Assembly: GCA_902797185.1 (NCBI GenBank)
Contig: CADBRV010000052.1
Coordinates: forward strand, 129-64,128
DNA: 64,000 bases
Direction: 5' to 3'
From: an uncultured Lachnospiraceae bacterium
GTDB lineage: Bacteria > Bacillota > Clostridia > Lachnospirales > Lachnospiraceae
The position numbers and the translations under genes were made by a program. This document shows positions 8,887 to 20,100 of the stretch, in pieces. The notes below the pieces were generated by a model that was not told the origin of the DNA, did no database searches, and was given only the letters and a program-made list of their open reading frames with translations. Positions within the stretch are counted from its first letter, which is position 1. Each line of letters begins with the position of its first letter.

Positions 8887-10113
8887 CTATCTTTCCTCGC
8901 CTAATCTCTTCTCGTCGCAATATACGTCAATCAGCCTCTGGGGCAGGTATTTCTTCAAAAATCCGCTCTTCCTGGCAATCTGCATGGCCTCTTCGATCCG
9001 TTCCGGGAGCCTCTGCAGGGAAGAAGTCTTCTCCTGGTCAGCCTGGTACAGGTTCAAATCCACCGGTTCGCCGGGATCCATCTCCTGCCGGATTCCTTCC
9101 ATGCCGGCATAAATAATCAGGGCATAAGCCAGGTAAGGGTTGGCCATGGGATCCGGGGAACGCAGTTCAAACCGTTTTCCCACGGAGCTTGCCGGGATGC
9201 GGACCAGGCTGGTCCTGTTCTGCTGGGACCAGGAAATATAGCCCGGCGCCTCCATCTCCCCGAACCGCTCATAAGAGCTGCGCACCGGGTTTAAGAAAAT
9301 GCACATATCCTTGATATAATGCAGCACCCCTGCCATAAACGGGCGCATCAGGTCTTTCCCATCCTCTGTCCCTACGGACACGTTGATATGCATGCCGTTG
9401 CCCGGCTCGTCCCGAAAGGGCTTCGGCGAAAAGTCCGCCTTGCTGCCGCTGCTTTCGGCAATGCTCTGCACGGCCCACTTGAACGTGGAGGTATTGTCTG
9501 CCGTGGTCAAAGCGTCCCCATAGCGGAAATCCACCTCATTCTGCCCCGGCCCGTGCTCATGGTGGGAGGACTCCGGCGTAATGCCCATGTCAATCAGCGT
9601 AAAACAGATCTCCCGGCGGATATTGTCGCCCTTGTCCAGGGGTTCCACATCCATATATCCCGCATGGTCCAGCGGCTCCTGGGTGGGGTTGCCGTTCTCG
9701 TCCTGCTTGAATACGTAAAATTCCATCTCCGGGCCGAAGTTGATTTTCAACCCCATCTTTGCCGCTTCCCGGGCAGCCTTTTTCAGGATCCGCCGCGTAT
9801 CCAGCTGGAACGGGGTCATATCCGGGTTTACCACGTCACAGAATACACGGACCACCCGCCCGTCGATGGGGCGCCATGGCACCGCGGTGATCGTGGAAAG
9901 GTCCGGCTTTAAAAACAGGTCGCTGCGGATGCCGGTATCAAAACCGGCGATCATGGAAGCGTCAAAAGAAATCCCTTGTTCCAAAGCCCTCTTTAATTCT
10001 GAAGGCATAATCGCAATATTTTTCTGCTGGCCGAACACATCAAAGAAAGAGCAGCGGATAAATTTCACATTCTCTTCCTCAAACATGTCCCTTACTTCTT
10101 CGTAACTCTGCAT
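8887..10113 (-). CDS. glnA: Glutamine synthetase, type I-like (408 aa)
   Basis: GS beta-grasp N-terminus (VKFIRCSFFDVFGQQK) and catalytic-domain motifs (GPEMEFYVF, HHEHGPGQNEVDF, GNGMHINVS). Confidence 0.85.
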   Translation of the reverse strand: MQSYEEVRDMFEEENVKFIRCSFFDVFGQQKNIAIMPSELKRALEQGISFDASMIAGFDTGIRSDLFLKPDLSTITAVPWRPIDGRVVRVFCDVVNPDMTPFQLDTRRILKKAAREAAKMGLKINFGPEMEFYVFKQDENGNPTQEPLDHAGYMDVEPLDKGDNIRREICFTLIDMGITPESSHHEHGPGQNEVDFRYGDALTTADNTSTFKWAVQSIAESSGSKADFSPKPFRDEPGNGMHINVSVGTEDGKDLMRPFMAGVLHYIKDMCIFLNPVRSSYERFGEMEAPGYISWSQQNRTSLVRIPASSVGKRFELRSPDPMANPYLAYALIIYAGMEGIRQEMDPGEPVDLNLYQADQEKTSSLQRLPERIEEAMQIARKSGFLKKYLPQRLIDVYCDEKRLGEER

Positions 10114-10126
10114 CTGCTTCTCCCTA

Positions 10127-10154
10127 CGGAAAAGGCTGCGGAAACCCGCAGCCT
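10127..10154 (-). terminator. Terminator-like hairpin inside the glnA leader (candidate attenuator)
   Basis: Minus strand reads AGGCTGCGG-gttt-CCGCAGCCT followed by TTTTCC, ending about 19 nt before the glnA ATG. Confidence 0.5.
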
Positions 10155-10184
10155 GATTTTCCGGTCATTCCTGTTTCGTACAGC

Positions 10185-10210
10185 GAAAAAGCCGGCCGCT
10201 CCCGGCCGGT
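10185..10210 (-). terminator. Rho-independent terminator after pyrG
   Basis: CCGGCCG-ggag-CGGCCGG followed by CTTTTT on the minus strand. The hairpin is symmetric and also has a T-run on the plus strand. Confidence 0.7.
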
Positions 10211-10218
10211 TTTTCCGA

Positions 10219-11832
10219 TTAGTCCTCTTTTTCTGCCTTATATTCTTTTGCTGCCTTTACCAGCCCGTGGAACAGCGGATGGGCATGGTTCGGGCGTGAT
10301 TTGAATTCCGGATGTGCCTGGGTCCCGAAATAATAGCGGTTCTTCGGATATTCGATCATCTCGACGATGCGTCCGTCCGGGGAAGTGCCGCAGAGGGACA
10401 TGCCCGCCTGCTCATAGCGCTCGCGGTAATCGTTGTTTACCTCGTAGCGGTGGCGGTGGCGTTCGGAAATTTCGGATGCGCCATAAAGCTCCCTGGCCTT
10501 GGAATCTTCCTTCAGGTGGCAGGGGTAAGCGCCCAGGCGCATGGTGCCGCCCAGGTCGGTGACATCCTTCTGCTCCGGCATCAGGTCGATCACCGGGTGC
10601 ATGGTATCGGATGAAAATTCAGCGGAGTTGGCATCGTGCATGCCCATGACGTCCCTGGCAAATTCCACCATGGCCATCTGCATGCCCAGGCAGATCCCCA
10701 GGAAGGGGATGTCATTTTCCCTGGCATATTTTGCCGCCAGGATCATGCCTTCCGTGCCGCGGTCGCCAAAACCGCCCGGGATGATCATGCCGTCGATACC
10801 GTTTAAAAGCTCTTCAGCGCCGATGCGTTCCACTTCTTCGGAATCCACCCAGCGGATCTTTACTTCCACGCGGTTGGAAATGCCGCCATGGTGCAGCGCT
10901 TCTACTACAGAAAGGTAGGCGTCATGCAGCTGGGTATATTTCCCTACCATGGCAATCTCTACGCTGCCCTGGGGATGCTTTAAGTTTTCTACCATTTCCT
11001 TCCATTCGGAAAGGTCCGGCTCCGGGCAGGGCAGGTCCAGGCACTCGCAGACTGCCTGTGCCAGGTGCTCGTCTTCCATCATCAGCGGTACTTCGTAAAT
11101 GGAGGAAGCGTTCAGGTTCTGCAGCACATGGCTGGAAGGCACGTTGCAGAACAGGGCGATCTTGTCCTTCATCTCCTCCGGCATCCTCATGTCGGAACGG
11201 CAGACGATGATGTCTGCCCGGATGCCCATCTGCTGCAGCTGGCGCACGCTCTGCTGGGTCGGCTTGGTCTTCAGCTCGTCGGAGCCATACAGGTAAGGCA
11301 CCAGTGTCACATGGATCATGCAGGCATTCTCCGGTCCCACTTCCTGCATGAACTGGCGGATGGCTTCCAGGAAAGCCTGGGATTCGATATCACCTACCGT
11401 GCCGCCCACTTCGATGATGGCAACCACGTCTTCATTGGGGTCTTCCGGACGGAAAAAGCGGTCCTTGATCTCGTTGGTCACGTGGGGGATCACCTGGACG
11501 GTGCCTCCGCCGTAATCGCCATGGCGCTCTTTATTGATCACGGTCCAGTATACCTTGCCGGAGGTGACGTTGCTGCGCTTGGTCAGGCTCTCGTCGATGA
11601 ACCTTTCATAATGGCCCAGGTCCAGGTCGGTCTCGCTGCCGTCATCGGTAACAAAGACTTCCCCGTGCTGGATCGGGTTCATGGTGCCCGGGTCCACATT
11701 CAGGTAAGGGTCAAATTTCTGCATCGTGACACGATAGCCCCGTGCCTTAAGGAGTCGTCCCAGCGATGCTGCCGTTATCCCTTTTCCAAGGCCGGATACC
11801 ACGCCCCCTGTCACAAATACATACTTTACCAT
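10219..11832 (-). CDS. pyrG: CTP synthase
   Basis: [19 protein letters not shown]-terminus and a C-terminal glutamine amidotransferase with GICLGMQ. ATG 11832 is preferred over the TTG at 11838. Confidence 0.95.
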   Translation of the reverse strand: MVKYVFVTGGVVSGLGKGITAASLGRLLKARGYRVTMQKFDPYLNVDPGTMNPIQHGEVFVTDDGSETDLDLGHYERFIDESLTKRSNVTSGKVYWTVINKERHGDYGGGTVQVIPHVTNEIKDRFFRPEDPNEDVVAIIEVGGTVGDIESQAFLEAIRQFMQEVGPENACMIHVTLVPYLYGSDELKTKPTQQSVRQLQQMGIRADIIVCRSDMRMPEEMKDKIALFCNVPSSHVLQNLNASSIYEVPLMMEDEHLAQAVCECLDLPCPEPDLSEWKEMVENLKHPQGSVEIAMVGKYTQLHDAYLSVVEALHHGGISNRVEVKIRWVDSEEVERIGAEELLNGIDGMIIPGGFGDRGTEGMILAAKYARENDIPFLGICLGMQMAMVEFARDVMGMHDANSAEFSSDTMHPVIDLMPEQKDVTDLGGTMRLGAYPCHLKEDSKARELYGASEISERHRHRYEVNNDYRERYEQAGMSLCGTSPDGRIVEMIEYPKNRYYFGTQAHPEFKSRPNHAHPLFHGLVKAAKEYKAEKED

Positions 11833-11834
11833 GC

Positions 11835-13271
11835 TCAACTTTTCTCCTTCCTGATCTTTTCCTCAAACCGGCTCTTCGCGCCTTCCGGCGGCACTTCGGT
11901 GGGGTAATTCCCACTGAAGCAGGCCGTACAGTATCCTCTTCCCGGGCAGTTACGCTGTACTACTTCCAGCGCGTGCCCAAGGTCCATATATCCCAGGGAG
12001 TCCGCGCCGATGATCTTGGCCGTCTCTTCCACCGAATGCTGGCAGGCAATCAGGTGTTCCCTGGAATCAATGTCCGTCCCATAATAGCAGGGGTTCTGGA
12101 ATGGCGGGGCGGAAATCCTCATGTGGACTTCTTTGGCGCCTGCCTCCCTCACCAGCCGGACAATCCGCTTGGAGGTGGTGCCGCGGACGATGGAATCATC
12201 CACCAGCACGACCCGTTTGCCACGGACGGTTTCCGCTATGGGGTTTAATTTGATGCGGACCAGTTTTTCCCGCTCTTCCTGTCCCGGGGCAATAAAGGTC
12301 CGCCCGATGTACTTGTTTTTCAAAAGGCCGATGCCATAGGGGATGCCGGATTCCATGGAATAGCCCAATGCCGCATCCAGCCCGCTGTCCGGTACGCCGA
12401 CTACGACGTCCGCGTCTACCGGATGGTCCTTGGCCAGGTATTTGCCGAATTCGATCCGGGCATGGTGCACGGAAATGCCATCCAGCACCGAATCGGGCCT
12501 TGCGAAGTAAATATATTCAAAAATACAGTGAGAGGTTTCGGTCTTCCCGCAGTAACGCTCGTCGCTGCGGATGCCATTGCCATCGATGACGATCATTTCG
12601 CCCGGTTTTACATCACGGATGAAGGTGGCCCCTACCGCGTCCAAAGCGCAGCTTTCGGAAGCAACTACTACGGAACCGTCTTCCATGACGCCATAACACA
12701 GCGGGCGGAACCCGTGGGGGTCCCTCATGGCAATGAGCTTCGTGGGGGACATGACGACCAAAGAGTAAGCCCCTTCGATCTTGGCGGCCATGCCTGCCAC
12801 CGCTTCCTCGATGGACCCGCAGTGCAGCCGTTCCTTCGTGATCAGGTAGGCAATGACCTCGGTATCCGTGGTGGAATGGAAAATACATCCTTCGTTTTCC
12901 AGCGCGGTCCGAAGCTGGTAGGTATTGACCAGGTTGCCGTTGTGGCACAGGGCCATGTTGCCTTTGCTGTGGCGGACCACGATCGGCTGCGCATTATTCG
13001 GGATCGGCATGCCGGTGGTGGAATAACGGTTGTGGGCAACTACGATCTGCCCTTCTCCCAATTTTTCCAGCTCTTCCCGGTTAAAGACCCGGTCCACCAT
13101 CCCCAAGCCCTTATGGTAGCGGATGATGCCGTCATCGTTCAGTGCGATACCGGACGCTTCCTGGCCGCGGTGCTGCAGTGCCAGCAGCGCGTAATAGGCC
13201 ATAAAAGGAAGCGGCTTTCTCTCCGGGGACCAGATGCCGAAAACGCCGCATTCTTCTGAAATTTTTCTCAT
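11835..13271 (-). CDS. purF: Amidophosphoribosyltransferase
   Basis: Ntn nucleophile motif ECGVFGIW, a PRTase motif ([13 protein letters not shown]) and C-terminal Cys ligands (CYYG...[10 protein letters not shown]). Confidence 0.95.
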   Translation of the reverse strand: MRKISEECGVFGIWSPERKPLPFMAYYALLALQHRGQEASGIALNDDGIIRYHKGLGMVDRVFNREELEKLGEGQIVVAHNRYSTTGMPIPNNAQPIVVRHSKGNMALCHNGNLVNTYQLRTALENEGCIFHSTTDTEVIAYLITKERLHCGSIEEAVAGMAAKIEGAYSLVVMSPTKLIAMRDPHGFRPLCYGVMEDGSVVVASESCALDAVGATFIRDVKPGEMIVIDGNGIRSDERYCGKTETSHCIFEYIYFARPDSVLDGISVHHARIEFGKYLAKDHPVDADVVVGVPDSGLDAALGYSMESGIPYGIGLLKNKYIGRTFIAPGQEEREKLVRIKLNPIAETVRGKRVVLVDDSIVRGTTSKRIVRLVREAGAKEVHMRISAPPFQNPCYYGTDIDSREHLIACQHSVEETAKIIGADSLGYMDLGHALEVVQRNCPGRGYCTACFSGNYPTEVPPEGAKSRFEEKIRKEKS

Positions 13272-13421
13272 TGCCTTAAAACCTCTCTAACCCGGGCAGC
13301 ATACGAAGATACCGCCCGGGTTTAGTAATATTGATTCCATCTATGTGGAAACCATGCCCGCAGCGTCCCTCCGCAGGCATGCCACATTCACAGATTCGCC
13401 TCTGTGAAATCACACTATTTA

Positions 13422-13434
13422 ATTATAATACCAT
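13422..13434 (-). promoter_or_regulatory. Candidate extended -10 promoter for purF
   Basis: Minus strand reads TGgTATTATAAT about 150 nt upstream of the purF ATG. No convincing -35 element. Confidence 0.3.
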
Positions 13435-13505
13435 TTCTAGGTTACAGAATCTACCAGTTTGTCTTAGTAAAAAACGCCAGAGATTCCATGGGTCTTCAAA
13501 GGGTT

Positions 13506-13540
13506 CCCCGGCAGACAGCCCCGAAGGGCATCTGCCGGGG
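13506..13540 (-). other. GC-rich stem-loop downstream of amtB-glnK (terminator or processing site, no U-run)
   Basis: CCCCGGCAGA-15 nt-TCTGCCGGGG with an inner GCCC-ttcg-GGGC. Confidence 0.4.
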
Positions 13541-13575
13541 AAGGGCACACGCCGCTGCCGGCGCGCCTGTCCTTT

Positions 13576-15330
13576 TTACTCTACGTCCTTCAAAGCGTCC
13601 AGGTTCGTTTCACCGGTACGTACCTTTATGACGCGGGTTACGTTGTAAACGAAGATCTTGCCGTCTCCGATATGGCCGGTGTAAAGGGCTTTCTTGGCAG
13701 CTTCGATGACGGTGTCAACCGGGAGGGACCCGATGATGACTTCTACCTTTACCTTCGGAAGCAGGGTGTTATCTACGACAGCGCCCCTGTAACGTTCCGT
13801 GGAGCCTTTCTCAATGCCGGAACCCATAACCTGGGTAATGGTCATGCCGGTCACGCCGATGGCGTTCAGCGCCCTCTTTAATTCATCAAAACGGCTCAGG
13901 CGACAGATAATGGATACCTTGTGCATGCCGGTGTCGTAATTGACCGGGAGCTCCGGCTCCTTAACCACTTTAACTGCGGCATTCTTCTGTGCGTCAGATG
14001 CTTCTTCGTAGCTGTCTTCGCCAAGGTCGGTGTTTTCGTTTACATCTACGTTCAGGTCCGTAGCATCGGTAATGGCAAATCCGGAGTAAGCGCTTGCAAG
14101 GCCGTGCTCGTGGATATCCAGGCCGTCGATTTCCACCTGTTCCGGAACACGAAGGCCGATGGTCTTGTCAATGATCTTGAAGATCAGGAACATGACAATG
14201 CCGACATATACATCAATGGCAACTACGCCAAGGGCTTCTATGCCCAGCTGGTGCAGGCCGCCGCCATAGAAAAGGCCTTTGCCGACGCCGTCAGCGCCGG
14301 TGCTGAAGAGGCCGACTGCCAGGGTGCCCCAGATGCCGTTTACGCAGTGTACGGAAATAGCACCTACCGGGTCATCAATCTTTGCTTTGTTATCAAAGAA
14401 TTCAACAGAAAGTACGACCAGGATGCCGGCAATCAGGCCGATGAAGAATGCGCCGAACGGATTCACGCAGTCGCATCCTGCGGTGATGGCTACCAGGCCT
14501 GCCAGGGCGCCATTGAATGTCATGGAAACATCCGGCTTGCCATAGCGGAACCAGGTAAAGAGCATTGTGGTTACAGTGGCAACAGCTGCTGCCAGGTTGG
14601 TGTTCATGAATACAAGGGATGCGCTGGTTGCAGCAGCTTCATCCGCCATTGATACGGTAGAGCCACCGTTAAATCCGAACCAGCAGAACCAGAGGATGAA
14701 TACGCCCAGGGCAACCGCGGTCATATTGTGTCCCGGGATAGCCCGCGGTTTGCCGTTCTTGTCATACTTGCCGATACGGGGTCCAAGCATTGCGGCGCCG
14801 ATCATGGCTGTGAAGCCGCCTACGTTGTGGACCATTGCGGAACCTGCGAAATCATGGAAGCCCAGGGTGGAGAGCCAGCCGCCGCCCCATGCCCAGTGCC
14901 CGCAGATCGGGTAAACCAGAAGGGAGATCGCTGCGGAATATACGCAGTATGCCTTAAAATTGGTACGTTCTGCCATGGAGCCGGACACGATGGTGGCTGC
15001 GGTAGCGCAGAACACGGTCTGGAAAATCACATAGCACCAAAGCGGCATGGTCTGTGGCACAACGCTGCTGGCTGCGGTGTACTTGTCCAGGATAAAGAAA
15101 TCCGGCACGCCGATGACGCCGCCCAGCCCTTTATGGAACATCAGGCTGAAGCCGATGAACCAGAAACAAGGCGTGCCAATACAAAAGTCCATCATGTTTT
15201 TCATCAGGATGTTGCCGGTGTTCTTCGCCCTTGTAAGGCCTGCCTCGCACAAGGCAAATCCTGCCTGCATGAAGTATACGAGCGCAGACGCGATCAGCAC
15301 CCATGCGACTGTAGAAACATTAATACTCAT
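13576..15330 (-). CDS. amtB: Ammonium transporter fused to a C-terminal P-II (GlnK/GlnB) domain
   Basis: The N-terminal ~420 aa form an Amt/MEP channel (FMQAGFALCEAGLTRAKN...). The last ~115 aa form a P-II fold with T-loop GSGIEKGSTERYRGA and IGDGKIFV. Confidence 0.9.
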   Translation of the reverse strand: MSINVSTVAWVLIASALVYFMQAGFALCEAGLTRAKNTGNILMKNMMDFCIGTPCFWFIGFSLMFHKGLGGVIGVPDFFILDKYTAASSVVPQTMPLWCYVIFQTVFCATAATIVSGSMAERTNFKAYCVYSAAISLLVYPICGHWAWGGGWLSTLGFHDFAGSAMVHNVGGFTAMIGAAMLGPRIGKYDKNGKPRAIPGHNMTAVALGVFILWFCWFGFNGGSTVSMADEAAATSASLVFMNTNLAAAVATVTTMLFTWFRYGKPDVSMTFNGALAGLVAITAGCDCVNPFGAFFIGLIAGILVVLSVEFFDNKAKIDDPVGAISVHCVNGIWGTLAVGLFSTGADGVGKGLFYGGGLHQLGIEALGVVAIDVYVGIVMFLIFKIIDKTIGLRVPEQVEIDGLDIHEHGLASAYSGFAITDATDLNVDVNENTDLGEDSYEEASDAQKNAAVKVVKEPELPVNYDTGMHKVSIICRLSRFDELKRALNAIGVTGMTITQVMGSGIEKGSTERYRGAVVDNTLLPKVKVEVIIGSLPVDTVIEAAKKALYTGHIGDGKIFVYNVTRVIKVRTGETNLDALKDVE

Positions 15331-15394
15331 AACTCATCCTCTCCTTCCCTCGGATGATCCGGACCCTGCCGGAATAAAAAGTTCCCTCTATATT

Positions 15395-15480
15395 AGAAAA
15401 GGGCTATGAAAGGATTCCTGCCTTCCCGGGAAGAATGCCTTTCCGGCACCCCTTCCGGGAGATAAAACCTTTCACAGCCC
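15395..15480 (-). terminator. Long compound stem-loop plus U-run in the amtB-glnK leader (candidate attenuator)
   Basis: Minus strand: GGGCTGTGAAAGG...CCTTTCATAGCCC closes inner hairpins and is followed by TTTTCT, about 65 nt upstream of the ATG. Confidence 0.55.
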
Positions 15481-15621
15481 CATTGCTGTCCTATAACTAC
15501 CCTTCTTAAGGATAGCCCCTGCTTTGAATGTACTTAGCAAAAGCAATATGCCTGTCCGGGACCAGCCCTTCCAGGAATTGTGAACCTTATGCGTGCCAGG
15601 CTGCCGTTACGGGCGCTGGCA

Positions 15622-17127
15622 TCATACCCTCCTGAGGTTTGTATAACCCATCAGGTATTCATCTACATCATGCGCGCACTGCCTGCCTTCGGCAATGGCC
15701 CATACCACCAGGCTCTGCCCCCGGTGCATGTCGCCCGCGGCAAAGACTTTCGGGATATTGGTGGCAAAAGCGCCATCCCCCGTCTCCACCGTGCCCCGGC
15801 CTGTCAGCTGTACGCCAAAGGCCTCCGGCGTATATTTCTGTGCCCCGATAAAGCCTGCCGCGATCAAAAGCAGCTCGCATTTCAGCGTCTTCTCGCTGCC
15901 CGGCACTTCCACCATCTTGCCGTTTTCAAAATGGACCTTGACGGTGACCACCTCCCGGAGCGCACCTTTCTTTGTGGTGTGCAGCTCTTTGATGGTGGTT
16001 TCATAAACCCTGGGGTCCTTGCCGAATACGGCAATGGCTTCTTCATGGCCGTAGTCTGTCTTTTTGACGTTGGGCCATTCCGGCCAGGGGTTGGAAGCTG
16101 CCCTCTCTTCCGGAGGCGCCGGCATCATTTCCAGCGCGGTCACGGATTTGCATCCATGGCGGATCACGGTGCCGATGCAGTCATTGCCGGTATCGCCGCC
16201 GCCGACGATCACCACGTTTTTGCCCTTGGCACTGATGAAATCCTTCTGTGCCAGGAGGTCTTCCGCCCTGCGGTTTTTGTCGGTGTGGTCCAGGAGGCTC
16301 TTCGTAGTCTGGGACAGGAAGTCCACCGCGTAGTAAACGCCCGGTACCTGCTGGGGGTCAGCCCCGGCCAGGGGCCTAGGCTCCTTCGCGCCGCAGCACA
16401 AAACCACCGCGTCATATTCCTTCAAAAGCTCGTCTGCTGTAATGTCCACGCCCACGTTTACGCCGGTACGGAAGGTGACGCCTTCCTTTTCCATGAGCCT
16501 GCGGCGCCTCGCGATGACCTTTTTGTCCAGCTTCATGTTGGGGATGCCGTACATCAAAAGGCCTCCGATCCGGTCGTCCCGCTCAAACACGGTGACGTTA
16601 TGGCCCCTGTGGTTCAGCTCGTCTGCCACTGCCAGCCCGCTGGGCCCGCTGCCTACTACGGCAATCTTCTTGTCGCTGCGCACCTGCGGGATGTAAGGCT
16701 TGATATAGCCATTTTTGAAAGCGTTCTCAATCAGGAAATATTCATTCTCATGGATGGTGACAGGGTCTCCATATTCCCCGTTGATGCAGGCTTTCTCGCA
16801 GAGGGCCGGACATACACGCCCGGTAAACTCCGGGAAGTTGTTGGTCTTGTCCAGCCTGGAAAACGCGTGCCGGAAATTGCCATGGTAAATCTGGTCGTTC
16901 CATTCCGGGGCCAGGTTGTGCAGCGGGCACCCGGTCACCCTTCCCTTGAGCACCATGGCGGACTGGCAGAACGGCACGCCGCAGTCCATGCAGCGGGCCG
17001 CCTGCTGGCGCCTCTCCTTTTCCGGGATCTGGCGGTGGAATTCCAGGAAGTTCCTGATCCGGTCCTGCGGGGCAGTGATTTTATTGTCTTTTCTGGCATA
17101 CTCCAGAAATCCGGTTGGTTTGCCCAT
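15622..17127 (-). CDS. gltD: Glutamate synthase (NADPH) small subunit
   Basis: N-terminal Fe-S Cys cluster (CMDCGVPFC), a dinucleotide fold VAVVGSGPSGLA and a second fold VVIVGGGDTGNDC. Confidence 0.9.
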   Translation of the reverse strand: MGKPTGFLEYARKDNKITAPQDRIRNFLEFHRQIPEKERRQQAARCMDCGVPFCQSAMVLKGRVTGCPLHNLAPEWNDQIYHGNFRHAFSRLDKTNNFPEFTGRVCPALCEKACINGEYGDPVTIHENEYFLIENAFKNGYIKPYIPQVRSDKKIAVVGSGPSGLAVADELNHRGHNVTVFERDDRIGGLLMYGIPNMKLDKKVIARRRRLMEKEGVTFRTGVNVGVDITADELLKEYDAVVLCCGAKEPRPLAGADPQQVPGVYYAVDFLSQTTKSLLDHTDKNRRAEDLLAQKDFISAKGKNVVIVGGGDTGNDCIGTVIRHGCKSVTALEMMPAPPEERAASNPWPEWPNVKKTDYGHEEAIAVFGKDPRVYETTIKELHTTKKGALREVVTVKVHFENGKMVEVPGSEKTLKCELLLIAAGFIGAQKYTPEAFGVQLTGRGTVETGDGAFATNIPKVFAAGDMHRGQSLVVWAIAEGRQCAHDVDEYLMGYTNLRRV

Positions 17128-20100
17128 TATCCTGCTACCTCCTCAAACGCTTCGTAAACGGCATTTTCATGGGAAATGCCCTGCTCCTCGTACTTGCTGA
17201 TAGCAGTCAGCATCTTCTGGTAACCTTCCGGCACGATCTTCTTGAAGTCCGGAATGTAGTCATTAAAGTGTGCCAGGATTTCTTTTCCTCTCGTGGAATT
17301 CGTCTCTTTGACATAATCCTTCAGGATGTCCTTGAGCTCCGCGATATCGTATTTGTCGGTCAGGTCATGCAGGCAGTCCAGTTCGGTATTCATGTGGCGG
17401 TAAAGCACATGGTCCGTATCCAGCACATAAGCGATGCCGCCGCTCATGCCTGCCGCGAAGTTCTTGCCGGTCGGTCCTAAGATTACCGCACGTCCGCCGG
17501 TCATGTACTCCAGCCCATGGTCGCCGCATCCTTCCGCTACCGCCGTAGCCCCGGAGTTGCGGACCATGAAACGCTCGCCGGCAATGCCTGCCGCGTAAAT
17601 CTTGCCTTCCGTAGCGCCATATCCGGCTACGTTGCCGATAATGATGTTCTTGCTCGGGTCAAAAGGCGATCCCTCCGGCGCTGTCACAACCAGCTTGCCG
17701 CCGGAAAGGCCTTTGCCGAAGCCGTCATTGGCATCCCCCACCAGGCGGATCGTAAGCCCCTGCGGGATGAACGCCCCGAAGGACTGGCCGCCGCCGCCCT
17801 GGGCATGGATGACGAAGGTATCCTCATCCAGCGTGTTGCCAAAGTGCCTGGTGATTTCGGATCCCAGGATCGTGCCAAAAGCACGGTCGGTACTGCAGAC
17901 CTTGACGGAGGTTTCGTGGCTTGCCTCTTCTTTTCCATCGATGGCATCCTGAAATGCCGGAAGCAGCGTGGAAAGGTCCAGCGTCTTTTCCAGATGGAAG
18001 TCATGCACATGTGCCGGGTCGAAGCAGCTGTCCTTGGCTCCTGCATAGGTGGTATCCAGGATCGCGTCCAAAACCAGCTTCTTGGAGCGGTCCGTCATCT
18101 GTTTCTCGCGGACCTTCAGGCAGTCTGTCCTGCCCACCATCTCGCTGACGCTGCGGAATCCCAGCTGTGCCATGATTTCCCGCAGCTGCTGCGCGATATA
18201 ACGCATAAAGCGGATGACATATTCCGGCTTGCCGCGGAAACGGGAACGGAGCTCTTTATTCTGGGTGGCGATGCCCACCGGGCAGGTATCCTTGGAACAG
18301 ACACGCATCATCATGCAGCCCATGCATACCAAAGGTGCCGTGGCAAAGCCGAATTCTTCCGCCCCCAAAAGTGCCGCGATGGCAACGTCCCTGCCGCTCA
18401 TGAGCTTGCCATCGGTCTCAATGGCAACCCTGTTGCGCAGGCCGTTTTCCACCAGGCTGCGGTGTGCTTCCGAAACGCCCAGCTCCCAGGGAAGCCCTGC
18501 CGAATGGATGGAACTCCTGGGCGCGGCGCCGGTGCCGCCGTCAAATCCGGAAATCAGGATGACCTGCGCGCCGGCCTTGGCAACGCCGCTGGCGACTGTG
18601 CCAACCCCTGCCTCGGAAACCAGCTTGACAGAAATCCTCGCGTCCCGGTTTGCGTTCTTCAAATCATAGATTAACTGCGCCAGATCCTCGATGGAATAAA
18701 TATCGTGATGTGGCGGAGGGGAAATCAGGGATACGCCCGGCGTGGAGAACCGGGTATCCGCTACCCACGGGTAAACCTTCTTGCCAGGCAGATGGCCGCC
18801 TTCGCCGGGCTTTGCGCCCTGGGCCATCTTGATCTGGATCTCCACCGCGCTGTTCAGGTAAGCGCTGGTAACGCCGAAACGCCCGCTGGCCACCTGTTTG
18901 ATGGCGCTGTTATAAATCGTGCCATAACGGGACGCGCTCTCGCCGCCCTCGCCGGTATTGGATTTTCCTCCGATGCGGTTCATGGCCTCTGCCAGAGTCT
19001 CATGGGCTTCCATGGAAATAGAGCCATAGCTCATAGCGCCGGTCTTAAACCGTTTCACGATGGAATCGACGGATTCTACTTCCTCAATCGGCACAGGCTC
19101 TCCTGCCGGTACAAAGTCCATCAGCCCGCGGAGGGTATGGGGTTTGCCCGGGTCGTCCACCATGTTGGTATACTGGCGGAACAGTTTTTCGTCCCCGGTG
19201 CGTACCGCCTGCTGCAGGGTTACGATGACTTCCGGAGAATACAGGTGGTCTTCCTTGTCCCTGCCGCTGCGGAGGTAGTGGTAGCCGGTGGAATCCAAAG
19301 CGGTATCCACGCCAAGCCCTAACGGGTCGAAAGCATGGTCATGGCGCCATGTGACGCCGTCCGCGATTTCCTTAAGGCCGATGCCGCCAACCCTGCTGGG
19401 GATGCCGGTAAAGTATTCGTCCACCAGTTCCTTGCTAAGGCCCACCGCCTCGAAAATACGGGCGGACTGGTAAGACTGGATGGTGGAAATGCCCATCTTG
19501 GCGGCAACTTTTACGACGCCGCTGAGCAGGGCCGAGTTGTAATCATCGATTGCCGTATGGTAATCCTTGTCCAGGATGCCCCTGTCGATCATCTCCGCGA
19601 TGCTCTCATGGGCAAGGTACGGGTTGATGGCCCGGGCACCGAAACCAAGCAGGGTGGCTACCTGGTGCACGTCCCTGGGCTCGCCGCTTTCCAGGATCAG
19701 GGAAACGGCCGTCCTCTTCTTGGTCCTTACCAGGTGCTGCTCTACAGAGGAGACAGCCAGGAGGGAAGGGATCGGTACATGGTTTTCATCCACGTCACGG
19801 TCGGACAGGATGATGATATTTTTGCCATTAGCGTAAGCACGGTCCACCGCGATATTCAGCTGGTCCAGCGCACGCTTCAGGGAAGTATTCTTAAAATACA
19901 GGATGGACACGGTCTGGGGATGGAAGCCGTCCCGGTCCAGAGCCTTGATCTTCATCAAATCTACGCCGGTAAGGATCGGCTGGTTTACCTCCAGCACACG
20001 GCAGTTGCGGTTGGTTTCCTGCAGCAGGTTGCCATCGGAACCGATATAAACCGTGGTATCCGTTACAATTTTTTCCCTTAGGGAGTCAATCGGCGGGTTT

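Noticed and set aside
13272-13420. Possible purine, ZTP or PRPP riboswitch in the purF leader
   Set aside because: Hairpins are present (TGTGGCATGCC…GGCATGG..CCACA; ACCCGGGC-n16-GCCCGGGT next to the SD). None of the conserved cores of the purine, ZTP (…CCGCCTGGGC) or ykkC-type motifs is recognisable.
15580-17157. 525-aa plus-strand ORF
   Set aside because: It is entirely antisense to gltD, which has clear family motifs. The product is R/A/G/P/L-rich, as expected from the antisense frame of a GC-rich gene, and there is no SD.
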